Positions 13,055 through 26,219 of a DNA stretch of 64,000 nt are shown one piece after another. Under the pieces are notes generated by a model. The model ran no database searches. It saw only the letters and a list, made by a program, of their open reading frames with translations, and was not told the DNA's origin. Made by a program: the position numbers and the translations under genes. Within the stretch, counting starts at the first letter, position 1, and each line of letters starts with the position of its first letter. Source of the DNA: Camelus dromedarius (lineage: Eukaryota); assembly GCF_036321535.1 (NCBI RefSeq), contig NC_087436.1:115136001-115200000 (forward strand), given 5' to 3'.

Positions 13055-13965
13055 TGCAACGTGTGTGTGTGTGTGTGTGTGTGTGTGGTTCCCACACCAG
13101 CAACAATCAGTTCTCCAGACACTGGCTGGTCTCCTATAATTCAAGCCAATTCTGACACTATCTACCTGAAAATAGTGTCAGACCCCATGGGTTTTGGGCT
13201 CCGTCCTACAAAGCTGTTCCCCCATGCCTCCCACTTCAGATGCTAGTTGCTAGTGCACTTTGTTATGGGTGCTTCTGACCAGCTGGCTATAGATCAGAGG
13301 TCCCAATGACCCTCTACTTTGAACTTGAGGTGCCAGTTGCAAATCAGGGTTGTTACTGTACTCCTGACCCACTGGCTGTAAATCAGAGGCTCCCATGGCC
13401 TCCTCCTCAGGTTCGATTAATTTGCTAGAAAGGCTCACAGGACTCAAAGAACTATTTCATTTATAAGGTCACCAGTTTATTATAAAAGGATGCTACTCAG
13501 GAAGAGCCAGGTGGAGGAGCTGCAAGGGCAGGGCCCGAGGGAAGAGCACGGCGCTCCGAACTCTCTCCAGGTGCATCGCTCTCCCAGCACCTCCACGCGT
13601 TCACAGCCCAGACGCTCTCGCAACCCCGTCTTTTTGGGTTTTAGCTGAAGGTTCATTACAGTCGGACTGATTAAATCATTGGCAATTAACGTTGGGTTCA
13701 CCCTGCAACGTCTCTCCTTTCCCTGGAGGTTGGGGTAGGAAAGTTCCAACTACGACTGGAAGTTCCAACCCTCTAATCACATGGTCGGTTCCCCTGGCAA
13801 CCAGCCCCCATCCTTAGGTTACCTAAAGGCTTTACAAAAATCACCTCATTAGCAAACGATACCTTTATATCTTTTATAGGAAATTCTAAGCATTTTAGGA
13901 GCTCTGTGTTAGAAACGGGGCCAAAGACCAAATACGTATTTCTTATTGTAAATCACAGAATCACG
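13055..13965 (-). mobile_element. MER21-like ERV solo LTR
   Basis: Reverse complement begins cgtgattctgtgatttacaataagaaatacgtatttggtct...cagagctcctaaaa, as in the MER21 5' end; internal duplicated segment ctggctRtaRatcagagg at ~13283 and ~13372. Confidence 0.8.
13061..13086. repeat. (GT)13 microsatellite
   Basis: Read directly from the sequence. Confidence 0.95.
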
Positions 13966-14099
13966 TGGACTATGGACATTTATAATAACAAGAGCTTTGT
14001 AAAGTGTTCCTTTATTATTGTTTTATAGATGAAGAGAATGAGGCACAATGGCTAAAATTGTTAATTTTGCCTATTTTGTTCCGGAAACATGGAATCCAT

Positions 14100-14330
14100 G
14101 GCAATACAAAGTAGTGGTTAAGAGTAGGCACTTGGAGTCAGGCTGACCTCAGTTGCAATCCACTTTCTGCCCACAATTGCCTGTGTCACTTTAGTCAAGT
14201 TACTTCCACCTCTCTAACCCTCATGTTTCTGTTTTTTTTTTTTTTTCCTGCAAAACAGTTTGAGGTGTGGTACCTTCCTCATGGAGTTGGTGGAAGAATA
14301 AAAGGAGCCAGTGCAAGTCAAACACAATAC
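14100..14330 (+). mobile_element. MIR SINE
   Basis: gtagtggttaagagtaggcacttggagtcaggctgacc...caagttacttccacctctct. Confidence 0.7.
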
Positions 14331-15165
14331 AATTGGCTATTGTTTTGATGAGGACAAATGATAGATAACAGCTCTGCAAACTTGTTTTGGAAGAGCTAAT
14401 GGGACATCGTCAAATCTTTACTGGGGTATTTGTCCACAGCTTTTGCCTCTGCAGCAGGAGTGTGTATGCCTGTCCCCTGTGCCAGCTTGATGGCTTTGCT
14501 GTTCCTACAGCCCTGACCCCTGCTGGTCATCTGACTTGTAGTCCCCCTTAGCTAACATCCACACTTTCCCAGTGCAATCACACGTAGTCAAGGGGCTTGG
14601 GGGAAGGACAGAAAGGGAGGAGAGGGAGCATTTATTCTCATATTTCTCCTTATAACACTTTTTCAAAATAGCTAGGGAAAATGCCAATTCTCAGTTTTAT
14701 TCAGCCATTCCCCAGCTTTGTGCCATTGTCTTAATGCCTTCTACACACACAATGCATATGCTGTTAAACTTTGCAAAGTAACCACTGAAACAGAGCCCTG
14801 TTTCAGCGTCTGTGACTTGATCAAGGTTACTTGGCTCATAAATGTTAGACTTAGGATTCATCCAGGAATGTCACTATGTGTCTCAGATTATCAAATCAAT
14901 TCATTAATTCTAAATCACCTAAGAGACACCTGCCATATGCCAGGTATTTTACAAGGCACTCAGGGACAGGATGCCTTCCATAATATTAAGCAGTTACAGT
15001 CCAGTAAGTCATATAAAAGGAGTTTTAGATATACATATGGGAGCAAACACCACCTGCTGCACATGGATAAACTCCTCTAGGGAAGTAGAAACCCAATTGC
15101 ATTAAATTAGGAAACAAGCACATTGCCTATAAGAAATTGTATTGAATGATTCATGATCTTTTTAT

Positions 15166-15402
15166 TTATTTAGCACGTTATCTTCAGGCTCCTGATTTGG
15201 AACCATCATATAATTTGGAATTGTCGTGTTACTTTTAGTTCTGCTTTGTGTGATTATTTTAAAGTACTTTACCATTTAAAGGCCTGTTAAACCTTTAACA
15301 CAAACAAACAAGCAAAAACACAATGTACCCAATAAAGTGATGCTGGCTCAGAGCTTGAAGATGATTGCCAATGTTTATGACCTTGCTAAGATACAGACTT
15401 AG
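15166..15402 (+). pseudogene. Decayed ERV env transmembrane/cytoplasmic-tail remnant
   Basis: One frame reads LFSTLSSGS*FGTII*FGIVVLLLVLLCVIILKYFTI*RPVKPLTQTNKQKHNVPNKVMLAQSLKMIANVYDLAKIQT*; hydrophobic anchor plus KVMLAQ-type tail, about 210 bp upstream of a PPT-like tract and an LTR. Confidence 0.65.
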
Positions 15403-15613
15403 GGGGAAGTGCCTGAGAGTTCCCCCTCCTACCCCTCTTTATTTCTCAAATGTGATCTCAATAGTTTCCCAACCTGTGCACTTTCCATCTGACATGGGAC
15501 ATGACACTCAGGAAAGGTCCCTGTTGACACTAATGGACAAAAGCCACTGAAATCTGAAAACCTGATTTTTGATCCGTGATACTTTCAAGAAAAGATCTTG
15601 ATCAAACAGGAAA

Positions 15614-16042
15614 TGTGAAAAGAAATAAAGGAAACCTCATTTAAATTGGACTTGGGAAGTGGAAGGGGGAAGCTCTCGAGCCCTACCGCTTACTGCTGTC
15701 TGCCGGCCCCAACCAAGAAGAGGCATAGCTTGCATCTCTAACAAGAAGATTATTACCTGACTGCATCTGCAGGAGAAAGATTTTACCTTTGCCTGGCAAC
15801 CTAGGCTCTCACAACTCAGCCAATGAAAAGCCACTACACCTTCAAATCCCATTTCCACCAATGAGATCTTTGTTTGTAACACACCTCTCAATTTCTCCTT
15901 TTCCTCTATAAATAAAAGTTCCTCTCCTTTGTGTCTCTAGACTTGCCTATAGTTTTGCTATAAAATACTTGTCTTTAATTGAAATTCTCTGCTAGTCCTG
16001 AATAAATTCATTTTGCTGGTTGTTATATTTTTAAAGCCAACA
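15614..16042 (+). mobile_element. ERV1-class 3' LTR (MER34/MER57-group-like)
   Basis: TGTGAAAAG...GCCAACA termini, CCAAT boxes, tataaa at ~15907, aataaa at 16001; preceded by aagatcttgatcaaacaggaaa (PPT-like). Confidence 0.7.
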
Positions 16043-16849
16043 AAGTTCATGACTAAAAAGACCGTAACTAGCAAGTTAACAAATGAAGACCTTCTTGTCT
16101 TTAATCTTATGGTTACAAAGGGTGGTAGAAACCTGAAACTCTAGCTTCAGATTTCCTGTTTCAGAATGCATCTACCCAAGTGTTCCTGGTCCTCGTGTCC
16201 TAAATCAAAACAATAACTTTAAATCAACAATTATCCACAAGAATAACTGAGTGAAATGAATCATAGATTTTCAGAGCTGTGAGGTAGCATTGATGGTGGT
16301 GATGATGAAATGAATCATAAAGGGAGCTAATAATTACTGAGTGTTTGCTAAATCAAAGCATCGGGCTGCAGTGTGCACATGTACCATTTCATTTAACCCT
16401 TACAAAAATCCATATGGCATCCTGGGTTTCAGGTGTGGAAGCTGAAGCTTTGAGACTTTCCAAACATCAAAAAATGGGAAGCAGCAGAGCTGGGACTGGA
16501 CCCCATGTGCACTGGAGCTCAGAGCCAAGCTCCGAGTAGCACATATTCCTCAGCTTTGTTAACTAAATCTCCTTTATCTCACAGTTGTTGTAATTAAAAA
16601 TTAAGAGGTTATATCTTATGCTTGAGGTTAGTCAGTGACAAAATATGACAAGAACACAATAAATATTCCAACTTTAAGATTTTATTTTGAGGGATTTTTA
16701 AAAAACAGTTTATGAAACACAATTTTAGTGCAATTCTTAGTCAAAATGGTTTCCCTCTTAACATCATTAAGTTACTCACAATCGTTGAGTTGGTAAAATC
16801 CATCCCATAGCTCATTCCCATTCCTCAAATCTCAGTTTAACCATTTCTC

Positions 16850-17150
16850 TATCAGTCATGACAGTGTAGGTTACACTATGGTCAAGGAGTCTTAGTGACT
16901 TAAAGCCTTACTTCTTGTTCGTGTTTCATGCCCATTAAAGGGGAGCTGTGATCTGGGAGGTGTCTGGTCCCCACGCAGATGGAAAGTGCTCACTGAACAC
17001 CTGGAACCATCGTTCAGTCCTGTGACGGGAAGTCACTAACCTGTGTCCATTCACAACTCATTGACTGGAAATAATGACATGGTCCCAGCCAACCACGAGG
17101 GTGTCAAGAAGAGGGGTCCTACTATTTGCTTGGAAGGCAGAGCTAGAAAT
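16850..17150 (-). mobile_element. Old MaLR LTR (MLT1J/K-like)
   Basis: cacaactcattgactggaaataatgacatggtcccagccaaccac motif. Confidence 0.55.
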
Positions 17151-17229
17151 GCTCTCTGAGTGTCCTGGAGGACCTCCACAGTGACTTCCTCAGAGAAGTC
17201 TCAGAGCCCCCCTCCCCCCCCACCCCTTA

Positions 17230-17470
17230 TTCTCATCAGTGGCTGCATTCCTCCCTTTAAGGCTGCAGCTCCTTGATGATTACACTTTTGTCGGGTTCTG
17301 GCAATAGATCTTTCTTTCTTTATGTTGCTCACCCTTGGGTGCTTCCTTATCCTGTGCTGGCTTCCTTGGCCCCAACAGCACCCTTGTAGGTAGTCCCTTC
17401 ATTAGGCTCTCTTTGCTTTCCACTTCGAGTGAGATCTCTGTCTTCCTACATCCTGAGTGGCCCCAAATCA
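17230..17470 (+). mobile_element. ERVL LTR remnant (LTR33-like)
   Basis: cacccttgtaggtagtcccttcattaggctctct...gagtgagatctctgtcttcct resembles the LTR33 3' end. Confidence 0.55.
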
Positions 17471-18089
17471 GTAAGCTCGGGTCTAATCCTGGATCCAGCC
17501 TATTAGTCCTTCCCAAAGGAACCTATCGCCAGAGTGAAACCCTCACTCCCTTCTTAACAAGCTGCAATAGGTTTTCTGCCCACTCTGCTCTCTCATGATG
17601 GTACTCTCTAAAGTTACAAGCACTGTTCGTATGACAAAGTAAATGGATGATATAATTGTCCTATCTCATTCCAATTCTCTTCCTACCTGCAGAGGTAGGA
17701 GCAGAGCAGAGTCTGCTGCCTAAAAGCAGATATCCAACGAATGACATAGATACTAGGCTTCCCCTGGTCTCTGGACCATTTGGATTAGGGTAGAGAATTT
17801 AGACCTAGGACTCTGGGGAGGTGGGGGACACAGGGAACATCACACTCACAAAACTTCCCCTGACCCTTTTTCTCCCCTTGGCCATCTTCTTACATAGATG
17901 GAGATACAATAAATTAGATGATAACTGAGGTGCTGGCTTTTCATTACCTCGAAGAAAGTTTCTCCCCCAAATGTTTGCAACTGTTTTTAGAATCTGTAAG
18001 TACTTTATACATCCTTGTCCTCAGGTTTGACTCCTCATCCCTAACTTGGGGACAATAGGATAGTCTTATTCAATATACTGCCATATATT

Positions 18090-18760
18090 TTATTTTGATT
18101 ATCTTTTGCTGTATACAAATGACTCAAAACTTAGTGCCTTAAAACAACATGCATTTTATTATATTTTATGATGCTGTGGTTCAGGAATTCAAACAACGCT
18201 CAGCTAGGAGATTCTTCTATGATGTGCTGGAGCTGGCTTGCATCTGTCAATTGCTAAATATTCAGGAATTTTGTGAGCTCTGTGGCTAAACATTTAATAG
18301 CTTAGAACTGGCCATGGTGAGGTTATATATGCCACAAAAAGCAGCAAACACTGGAATCTTTTAAAACAATTTTTACCAGAGGGCCAGTTCACTCACATAC
18401 TAACTCCTTTGACAGTGGTCAGTATTCAGCTGGTGATGGGCTGGTCTGGAGGATCTAAGAAGGTTGGTATATGTCTAGCACCTTTGTGGAAATAGCCAGA
18501 AGATTCCACTGGGACTGTCAATCAGAGCACCTACCTGTGGCTGCTCAGCATGGTGGTCTCTGGGTATTTAGACATTTGATATGGCCACTCAAAGCTCTTG
18601 GAACCATTGCTATAAGAGCCCAGCCAGAAGCTGCAAAATTTTTTATGACCTAGCTTCACACGCCACATTGATTTGTCAATCAATTTACTAGATCTATCCC
18701 AAATCCAAAGGAATTAGACTTCATGTCTCAATGGAGGAAGTAGTAGTGAGTTAGTAGTCA
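18090..18760 (-). mobile_element. MLT1 LTR interrupted by a MER63-like hAT MITE
   Basis: ttgctgtatacaaatgactcaaaacttagtgccttaaaacaaca (antisense MLT1 end); homology resumes at ~18410. Confidence 0.65.
18220..18400. mobile_element. MER63-like hAT MITE
   Basis: gatgtgctggagctggc...aaatattcaggaattttgtgagct...ggccatggtg. Confidence 0.65.
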
Positions 18761-18899
18761 CCTTAGACAGGTTTCCTAGATGTGGAAATACACATACACA
18801 CAAGTCAGTATAATTGCCTTATTAATATCTCAGCTTCGGTGTTTTATAGGCATCTCTAACTCATCATGTTCAAAACTGAATTCATAGTTTTTCCCTTTA

Positions 18900-20830
18900 T
18901 GTTAGTCAGAATAAATCCTGCTAGCTGCTATAACATGCAAGTCCTGGAAAGTTTATTGCTCACCCTGTGCAGTGTGGTCCTGAGAGGGCCAGCGCACCAT
19001 GCAGGCATTCAGGGACCCAGGCTCTTTTAATTCTAGGCTTTACTATCTTTCACAGGTGGCTTCCAATTCCTTCTTAATTCATGTTGGCTGCAAAAAGAAG
19101 AAAGAAGCATGGAGATCACTTGGGAGTTTTTAGGGCCTTGATCCTTTCTCACCAAACATAGAACAAACTTGATCTTTTTCCTAAGGGAGAAAACTCAGAG
19201 CCCCATTTAGACACTGCATCCATCCCAAAGCCCAGGTCTATGGATAACATATAGTCTTCTCCATCAGATCAAATGTTCTTTGTGATTCAGAGACCCATGA
19301 ATGAAAATACAACTTTCATAGAGAATGATGCAGGATAACTGCAATAAAACTTCCATTTGGGCAAGGGAAAAGGAGCTTCTGGACCATAGTAATTCATGTC
19401 CAATGTTTGCAGAATAGGAATTTTGACCGTTTTCTACCTTAAGGGAGGGGAGGAGTTCTAACCTGGGGCCTCTGTTCTGCTCTTAAGTAGAAGCTTTCCT
19501 GCCCTTTATACTCTAAGGTCACTGGTTCCAGTTTTGGGGGGGTTCCTTCATGTTTATAACCTCCCTTGGCCACATCTGAAGGGTAAGGGGAGTATTTCCG
19601 TCCTGTACTGCATTTTTAGCTTCATTCCTGCTTATGGAAGATTGGTAATTGTAGGGCTGAGTCTTGAGAAAGCCTTTGTACCCCCTCCTATTACTATTTT
19701 TATTCCAGTTTCATATTTTCTTTGGAAAATCATTTTCCTTACAAATTTTGCAAGCTTCTGATTTATTTCTTATTAGTCAGTCTCATGTGGTCATTACCAT
19801 ACCCAAGGTCCTTTCATAAGCCGTGATTCTCAAGTCTGATTTATTTCATTGCTTCTTAGCTGTCAGGCTTCCTTCTTTCTCTAGCGAAGGGTAACTCCTG
19901 TCCTAAGGTATCCTGAAACAATATCTGGGAAGTCTACGTCCTTATTCTGGTCTTTGCCACGGGGCTGAGTTCTTACATTCAGTGGAGAAGCTATACTGGG
20001 TCTTTCACACAAAGCTTTTTAAAATTACATCTTTTATCCTTGGGACCTAGGAATACTTAGCTTTTCTACCCCTAGACAACCCTGAATTTCTGGACTTTGG
20101 CATTCTAATTCTTTCCTGCTTGCCAACCAGCCATTTCTTTCCTGAGCTATTTTTTCCCTTTTATTTAATACTTGCCAAATGCACGTAATACCAACGAATA
20201 TGCACTAGTAAAATCTGTTTACAGACTCTTTTCCAGCTCAAGAGGAGCATGATCTGCCTTCCAAATAATTCCTACAATTTTACCAACTGATTGGCTACCA
20301 TATAGCCTGGATCTCCAGCCGTCCAATGACCACCCTGTTACCTGCCAATCAACTAAGGTTAATGATGCTGAAATTAAGTTTACTTTGTTTTGTTTCTGTT
20401 GTTTGCTTGTTTGTTTTACAGCAACTCCCTGCTTTGAGGTACCACTGTCTGATTTAGTCAGGACAGGCTGACTTCTGTGAGAAACAACACCAGATCTCAC
20501 TGGCTTAATATTGCAGAGGACTATCCCTCACTCACACATGGTCTAATGTGTGCATGGTCGTTCTTCTTTCAGCAATGACTCACAGTCCCAGGCTACTTCC
20601 ATTCTGTGGCTCCACAATCACCCTGGAGGCCACCACCAGGCAGCCAAAGGAAGAACACATGGAGGTTCATGTGGGAGATTTTAAGGGCCGGGGCTGGAAG
20701 TGACAGACATCACTTATACCCCTATCCCATTAGCTACAACTCAAATACATAAGTCTACAATACAGTCTTCCTATGGGACTGGGAGGAAAGTAAACAGATT
20801 TGCTGAATATATAGCATTGCCCCATTCATA
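18900..20830 (-). mobile_element. Old MaLR element with two LTR remnants and an internal region
   Basis: Similar LTR-like segments at ~18900-19140 (ttagtcagaata...agggacccaggctc...catggagatcac) and ~20450-20830 (ttagtcaggacagg...cccaggctac...catggaggttcat) flank ~1.3 kb of MLT1-int-like sequence. Confidence 0.55.
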
Positions 20831-21731
20831 GTTCCCAAACAGCTCCCTTTCTACATTGTGTACCAATGGAATAACAGCATTATTTACTTGGCCCAAGACA
20901 AAGCCAATGGTAAGTCTTCCATATCCATTTTCCACTCAGTCCTATCCCCCTTGATACCTCTCACCATCATGTCCTTTTTTTCTACTGTGACAACCACTGT
21001 CTTAGTGTAGACATTCATTTTTTGCCCCATGGGAATTTATTCAGGCACCACCTACCTGGTCTGCCTCTATCCCATCAAGACTTTGCCAGCCCAAGGTCTA
21101 CTCTGTTGCTAGACATGTTTTAATGAAGTGAAAATCTGACCGTCTTTCTCAGGGCTTTACATAGTTCAATCACTACCTGTGCCTTTTAAGATAAGCATTA
21201 CATTTCTTAGAAACACAAAGTCCCTTGATGATTTGCCCTTATTTTCTCATCTAGTTTTACTTTTAGCCTCTTTTCTCTTTTCATTCTTTGCTCCAGTCAA
21301 CACCACCCACTTTTTTTTAATTAAACTTTTTATTTTGAGATAAGTGTAGAGTCTCATGCAGCTGGCAGAAATAATACGCGAATCATTTTTCACCACTGAA
21401 ATCTATCATGTCTCCACAACCCTCCAGAGAAACTTTTCTGACTCTCACTAACAGATTAATTTTTGTTTCAGCTCTTCCCTTCAAAGGGAGTCCTTAGGCC
21501 TTCACTCCTCGTGTTGCCCTCCTCACTGTGTACGTATCTCCACCTCTGCACACGACTTGCAGAGTTTGCCCCTTACCATAGGCAGGGACCGTGTCTTTTT
21601 CAACTTCATAACCTTAGTTATGGTTCAGGTCTCAGACCACAGAAAGTACTCAGCAAATGACTGTGGATTGTTGTTTGGCAAAATTCACAACAACTAAGCA
21701 TTCAAGCTCTGGATTCTGTCTAATGAATATT

Positions 21732-22322
21732 TGCACAGGGAGAGGTTAACTCAGCATTTGGAATGTTCAAACACTGCACATTCCAAAGAAAAGACTGGCC
21801 CTTAACAGGCTCCTTTAAGATAACTTCTAAGCCCTTGGAAAATCCTGCCTGATAAAAGTGTCTTCTTATTCCTGGGGCCGTGGGCTACTCCAGATAGTTT
21901 ATGCTAACCATGTTATTTATGGTGGGGGCCTAGGGCCAAGCGGTATCAGTTTGATATCTGGAGAAATTGGAGACTGAGAAACTAAGGTTAGTCAGATGGG
22001 TGTCCATGCCGATGTGACTGACCACCGACAGAAACCCTGGACTCCAAGGCTCAGGTGAGCCTTCCTGGCTGGCAGTACTCTCCCCACACTGGCACACGTG
22101 GTTGCAGCCAGCATTGAATGCTGTCTGTACTTCTCCACTGGGAGAGGACACCTGGACGGCTGATTATGCCTGGACCCTCTGTTCTATTTGCTCTGCTGAT
22201 TTCATCTCTATCCTTTTGCAATAATAAACTATAACTGTGATTATAACAGCTTTTTAGAGCTCTGTGGGTCTTTGTAGCCAACTGTTGACTTAAGTGTGGT
22301 CTTGGGGACTCAGCACGGCACA
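21732..22322 (+). mobile_element. MER77/MER21C-like solo LTR
   Basis: TGCACAGGGAGAGGTTAAC...aaaccctggactccaaggctcaggtgagccttcctgg...aataaactataactgtg...GGCACA. Confidence 0.75.
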
Positions 22323-24022
22323 GAATCCAGTTGCAGAAATAATTAGCTGTGTGATCAGGGACAGGTAACTCCAACCCTTCATGATGTGGTATGTGGGATA
22401 ATAGTAGTGCTCGCCTTACTGGGATCTTGTGAGGGTTCAATATTGCATTTAAAGCACTGGCCTTACATGTAGTGATCAATAAATGTCAGCTGACCTCACT
22501 GTCATAATTAACATACCATGAGAATTTCCAAGTTACTACAAATTTTATAAGTTTTGAAAACATCATTTAAAAATATATGTATTCTTTTCCATCAAAGGTA
22601 ACACCAGGGTTTATTTAGCTGCTCCTTTACTGTTGAACGTATTAGTGTTTTCTGATTTTTTTTATCACTATAGATAACATGGTACTGGGTCTACACATTA
22701 CCATTTCTATATTTAGGATTATTTCCTTAAGACACATTCCAGAGATGAAATTCCTGAAATCAAAGATTAAACATATTAACATTTCTTGATGCATGCTGAC
22801 AGATTGCTTTCCAAAATATTTGTGTTATTTTGCACTTTTAAAAGCAAAGTAAAATGCTTTCCATTTTCTTAGACCCATGAAGGCATAGGAAAGAAATGAT
22901 TTCTTTGGATCAAGCATCTCAGAGAAACCGGTTGTTCTAATGTGACCATAAATTTCCTGAGAATAAACCGAAAAAAATAATTTTTGCTCTTTCTGGTTCT
23001 GAAAAAGGAAGGTGCATATTTGCACAGACCGTAATTAAGTATATTTGCTATTCACTCATCTATACATAAGGTGAGACTCTACCTAATAAATGCATCACAA
23101 TGTAGAAAAAATAACCTCTCTTAGCAAATCTGCATCTATTAGAGAGGATTAAGGGGGAAGAAAAACATTTTTACCTTTAGTTTCACAGAAGGAATTAATT
23201 CATTAGGCAGAGTTATGCTAATCACATTCCTGTGTAATGTGATAGTCTTGTCATTAATGTTTGCACAAATCTAAGGCAGGAAATGAATATTTTTTCGGAG
23301 GTGAATTGTAATTTTGGCTTCTCCAAGTCTATCACTGCCATTACTGCATTTTCACCTTTCCTACACACATCTTATAATAAAATGAGGGTGACAGCCCCCA
23401 AAATGTGTAGCAGCATACCGAACTGTTGTCTTTGTGTCTTTATACTGGAACTTTGAGTTTCAGCTCCTACTAATTACTGTCATGTAAAAAGGCAGCAGAC
23501 ATCTTGGGAATTCCAGTCAGAAGTGGAAATCAGATGTTTTTTCTGAATATCGTGAGGTCATGAAATGGAGTCCTGGTCACCTATGAATGCTCTTGAAGAG
23601 CAAAGACTTTGCAGACTCATTTTGGCTTCCCGCTGACACTTAGCACAGCGGAGGATACCTGCTGCAGACATAATGAGGGGCTCTCTAAGGTGAGGGCAGC
23701 TAGGGGTGCTGTACAGAGGCTGCGGCCACCAAATGGATGCAGAAAACTGTGGGTTTATTCTATCCACTGCACCAAACTTGCTGCCCACCACTCCTTTAAA
23801 CGACCCCTTCCCCTGGACATGCATTAAGTGCTGCCCGTGTTCAGATGGTTCCTGGTGCCCACGTGGTCCTCTTCCCACGCCCCCACAGCCAGGTTCTAAA
23901 CACCCCTGCAGACCCAGCTGACGTGTGTCTGCCCAAGTTTCTTTTTCTCTCTCTTTTCTGGAAGTTTCCATTTGCTCAGCACATTCAGGCTTGTGCTTTA
24001 GTAACTTCTGCACTTGTCCACT

Positions 24023-24541
24023 TTTAATAAGGAAGGACACGTCTGACTGCATATTAGATCTGCTCCTTTGGCTCTAACTCTGGGCTCTGTTTCCTGGGCT
24101 CAGTCATGCTGGTTCTGCGCCTTTTGTTAAAGAATGTTGCCTACAGCCTGAAATACACAGGAAAGCCCATTCTCAAGGCTCTGACCTTTAAAGATATAAC
24201 AGTTTTCCATTCATACAGAGATAAAAAGTTGCAGAACAGAGAAAAGTATTTGTTTTGTTGGAGGTTTACTGGAAAATTAAGACCTGACCTAGGTGGACAG
24301 CTGCAAGAACAAAGGATTTCGACACCAAGAAGTTTGCAACAACTGACCTAACCTCTTCCCCTTTTACTATAAAAGGAGCCTGAATTCTGACTTGGGTAAG
24401 TTGGTTTTCCAGGACATTAGTCCCCGATCCTCTCAGTCTGTCGACTTTCCAAATAAAGTCGTTATTCCTTGCCTCAACACCTCGTCTCCTGATTTACTGG
24501 CCGGTCGTGTAGTAAGCAGAAAGAGTTTGGACTTGGTAACA
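24023..24541 (+). mobile_element. MER41-like ERV1 solo LTR, copy 1
   Basis: Aligns end to end with the copy at 37071-37586; ends ggtaaca; TATA ctataaaag and aataaa present; 4-bp TSD cact/cgct. Confidence 0.85.
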
Positions 24542-26219
24542 CGCTTTCTTCTATTAACCATCAAACTCTCAAGGAAAGGAATTTTGTCTGACTTATCTTT
24601 GTATTTCCAACAGAGACTTACACATAGCAGATGTGAAAAGGGAGCCTGCTGAATGAATAAATGAGCACAAATAAAAACTTGGGTGCTTACAGGCTGTTGT
24701 ACAAATGTACACTACTGTAGGCAAAAAAAAATTTTTTTGGTTTTAGAGACATTCATTCCTTCTTTTTGTATATAAAATTTGTTGGACACCTGCTATGTCC
24801 CAGGCACTGATCAAACCCTGGCTCTTCTTATAAAAAGCTGTGTGATTTTTAGGCAAAGCATTTAATATTTCTGAATGTCAGTTTCTTCATCCATAAAGTG
24901 GACATAAAAATCTTTAACTTGCTGATGTTTTGGAACACTGAATGTGAAAAATTACATAAAGCTGTCAGCATAGTATTTGCTTAATGGTTTATATTTGCCT
25001 TCTTCCTTGCCCTTCTATCTGACAAAAAACATAAATCATTCAAAAACAAAATGCCTTTCTTAGTTAGTACTATGTGGTTTTCTATGCTTCAGATGAAAAA
25101 AAAAGAAAAAAAACACCAAAAACAGAAGTAAGGAAATTATTTCTCAAAAATAGCCTACTCTTAACTTCTACAGTGTATAAAGAATATTTCTAATACTAGA
25201 ATGTGCAACAATATATCTTTTTAATTCTATGATGTGACATGTCCCAACAATTCTATGAGTTGGAATAGGTTTAACCCTGTTTGTTCTAATGTGAAAACTG
25301 AGGCTCAGAAGACTTCCTCATAGTTATACAGGCAGGAAGCACCAGAGTGAGAAGGTGTACCCCCTTCTCCTGACCCGGAGAGCGCTTCCCATCCTCTGAA
25401 ACCTGTCCATCAGAGGTGCTTCTTCCTGACCATGCACGTCAGCAGGGACTTCTCTCATCAGTAGCTCTCAACCTGTCAACTTCCCAGGAGGCTCAATTTC
25501 CAGTGGGTCTCTCCTTTTCCAGCTCCCAGCCTCCTGCCCCTGGAATCCTGCAAACAGGCTTGGTAAATATGTCATCAAGGCAATGTGTCATAAATCCATC
25601 AGCCTTCTCCAGCTCTGTCATGACACTGCCCGAACCCTGCAAACACAGCCCAGGTAGATGCTGGTGAGCCGTAATGGGAAAACAAATGAGCCTGCTTTCA
25701 ATGAGCTGGAACCTTCTGCCTGAGTTAATGTTTCAGTGGGTTTGTTTGCTTCCTGCAGCTGGCTAAGCAGTTTTGGTGACTGTGACAACAGTTTCCACGG
25801 ATTTGTTTTTACCCCTCGTCAGGCTTGACGCGCAGCCGTTCAGTCCGACAATTTCCCTGCTAGAAGTGCTCTGTGATGTGATTTGGACGATATGCCCTAA
25901 TCGCGGTTCTGAGAACGAGCTGAGGACACCTGGAAGAGATGCAGATAGGGACTCCATGTGCCCCTTACCCTTCTCCACATCAGGCAGTCCAATATCCTAG
26001 GCTGAGCCCATCAATATTTCTTTGAAGAAGATAATGCATTGGAAGAACTCTGGCCTGGGAGCCTGGGGAACTGGGATTCAGCTCTCCTTTTGATAGGATG
26101 TTACTAGGTAATCACAGACAATTCACTTAAACTACTACAAATCTTCCTGACCATAAGGGTCACTCGGGAGTCACTTGGGATGACAATTGCTTGTAAAAAA
26201 AAAAAAAAAATTAGATTCT

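Noticed and set aside
23558..24052. 164-aa minus-strand ORF
   Set aside because: Starts within the LTR; no recognisable domain or convincing splice structure
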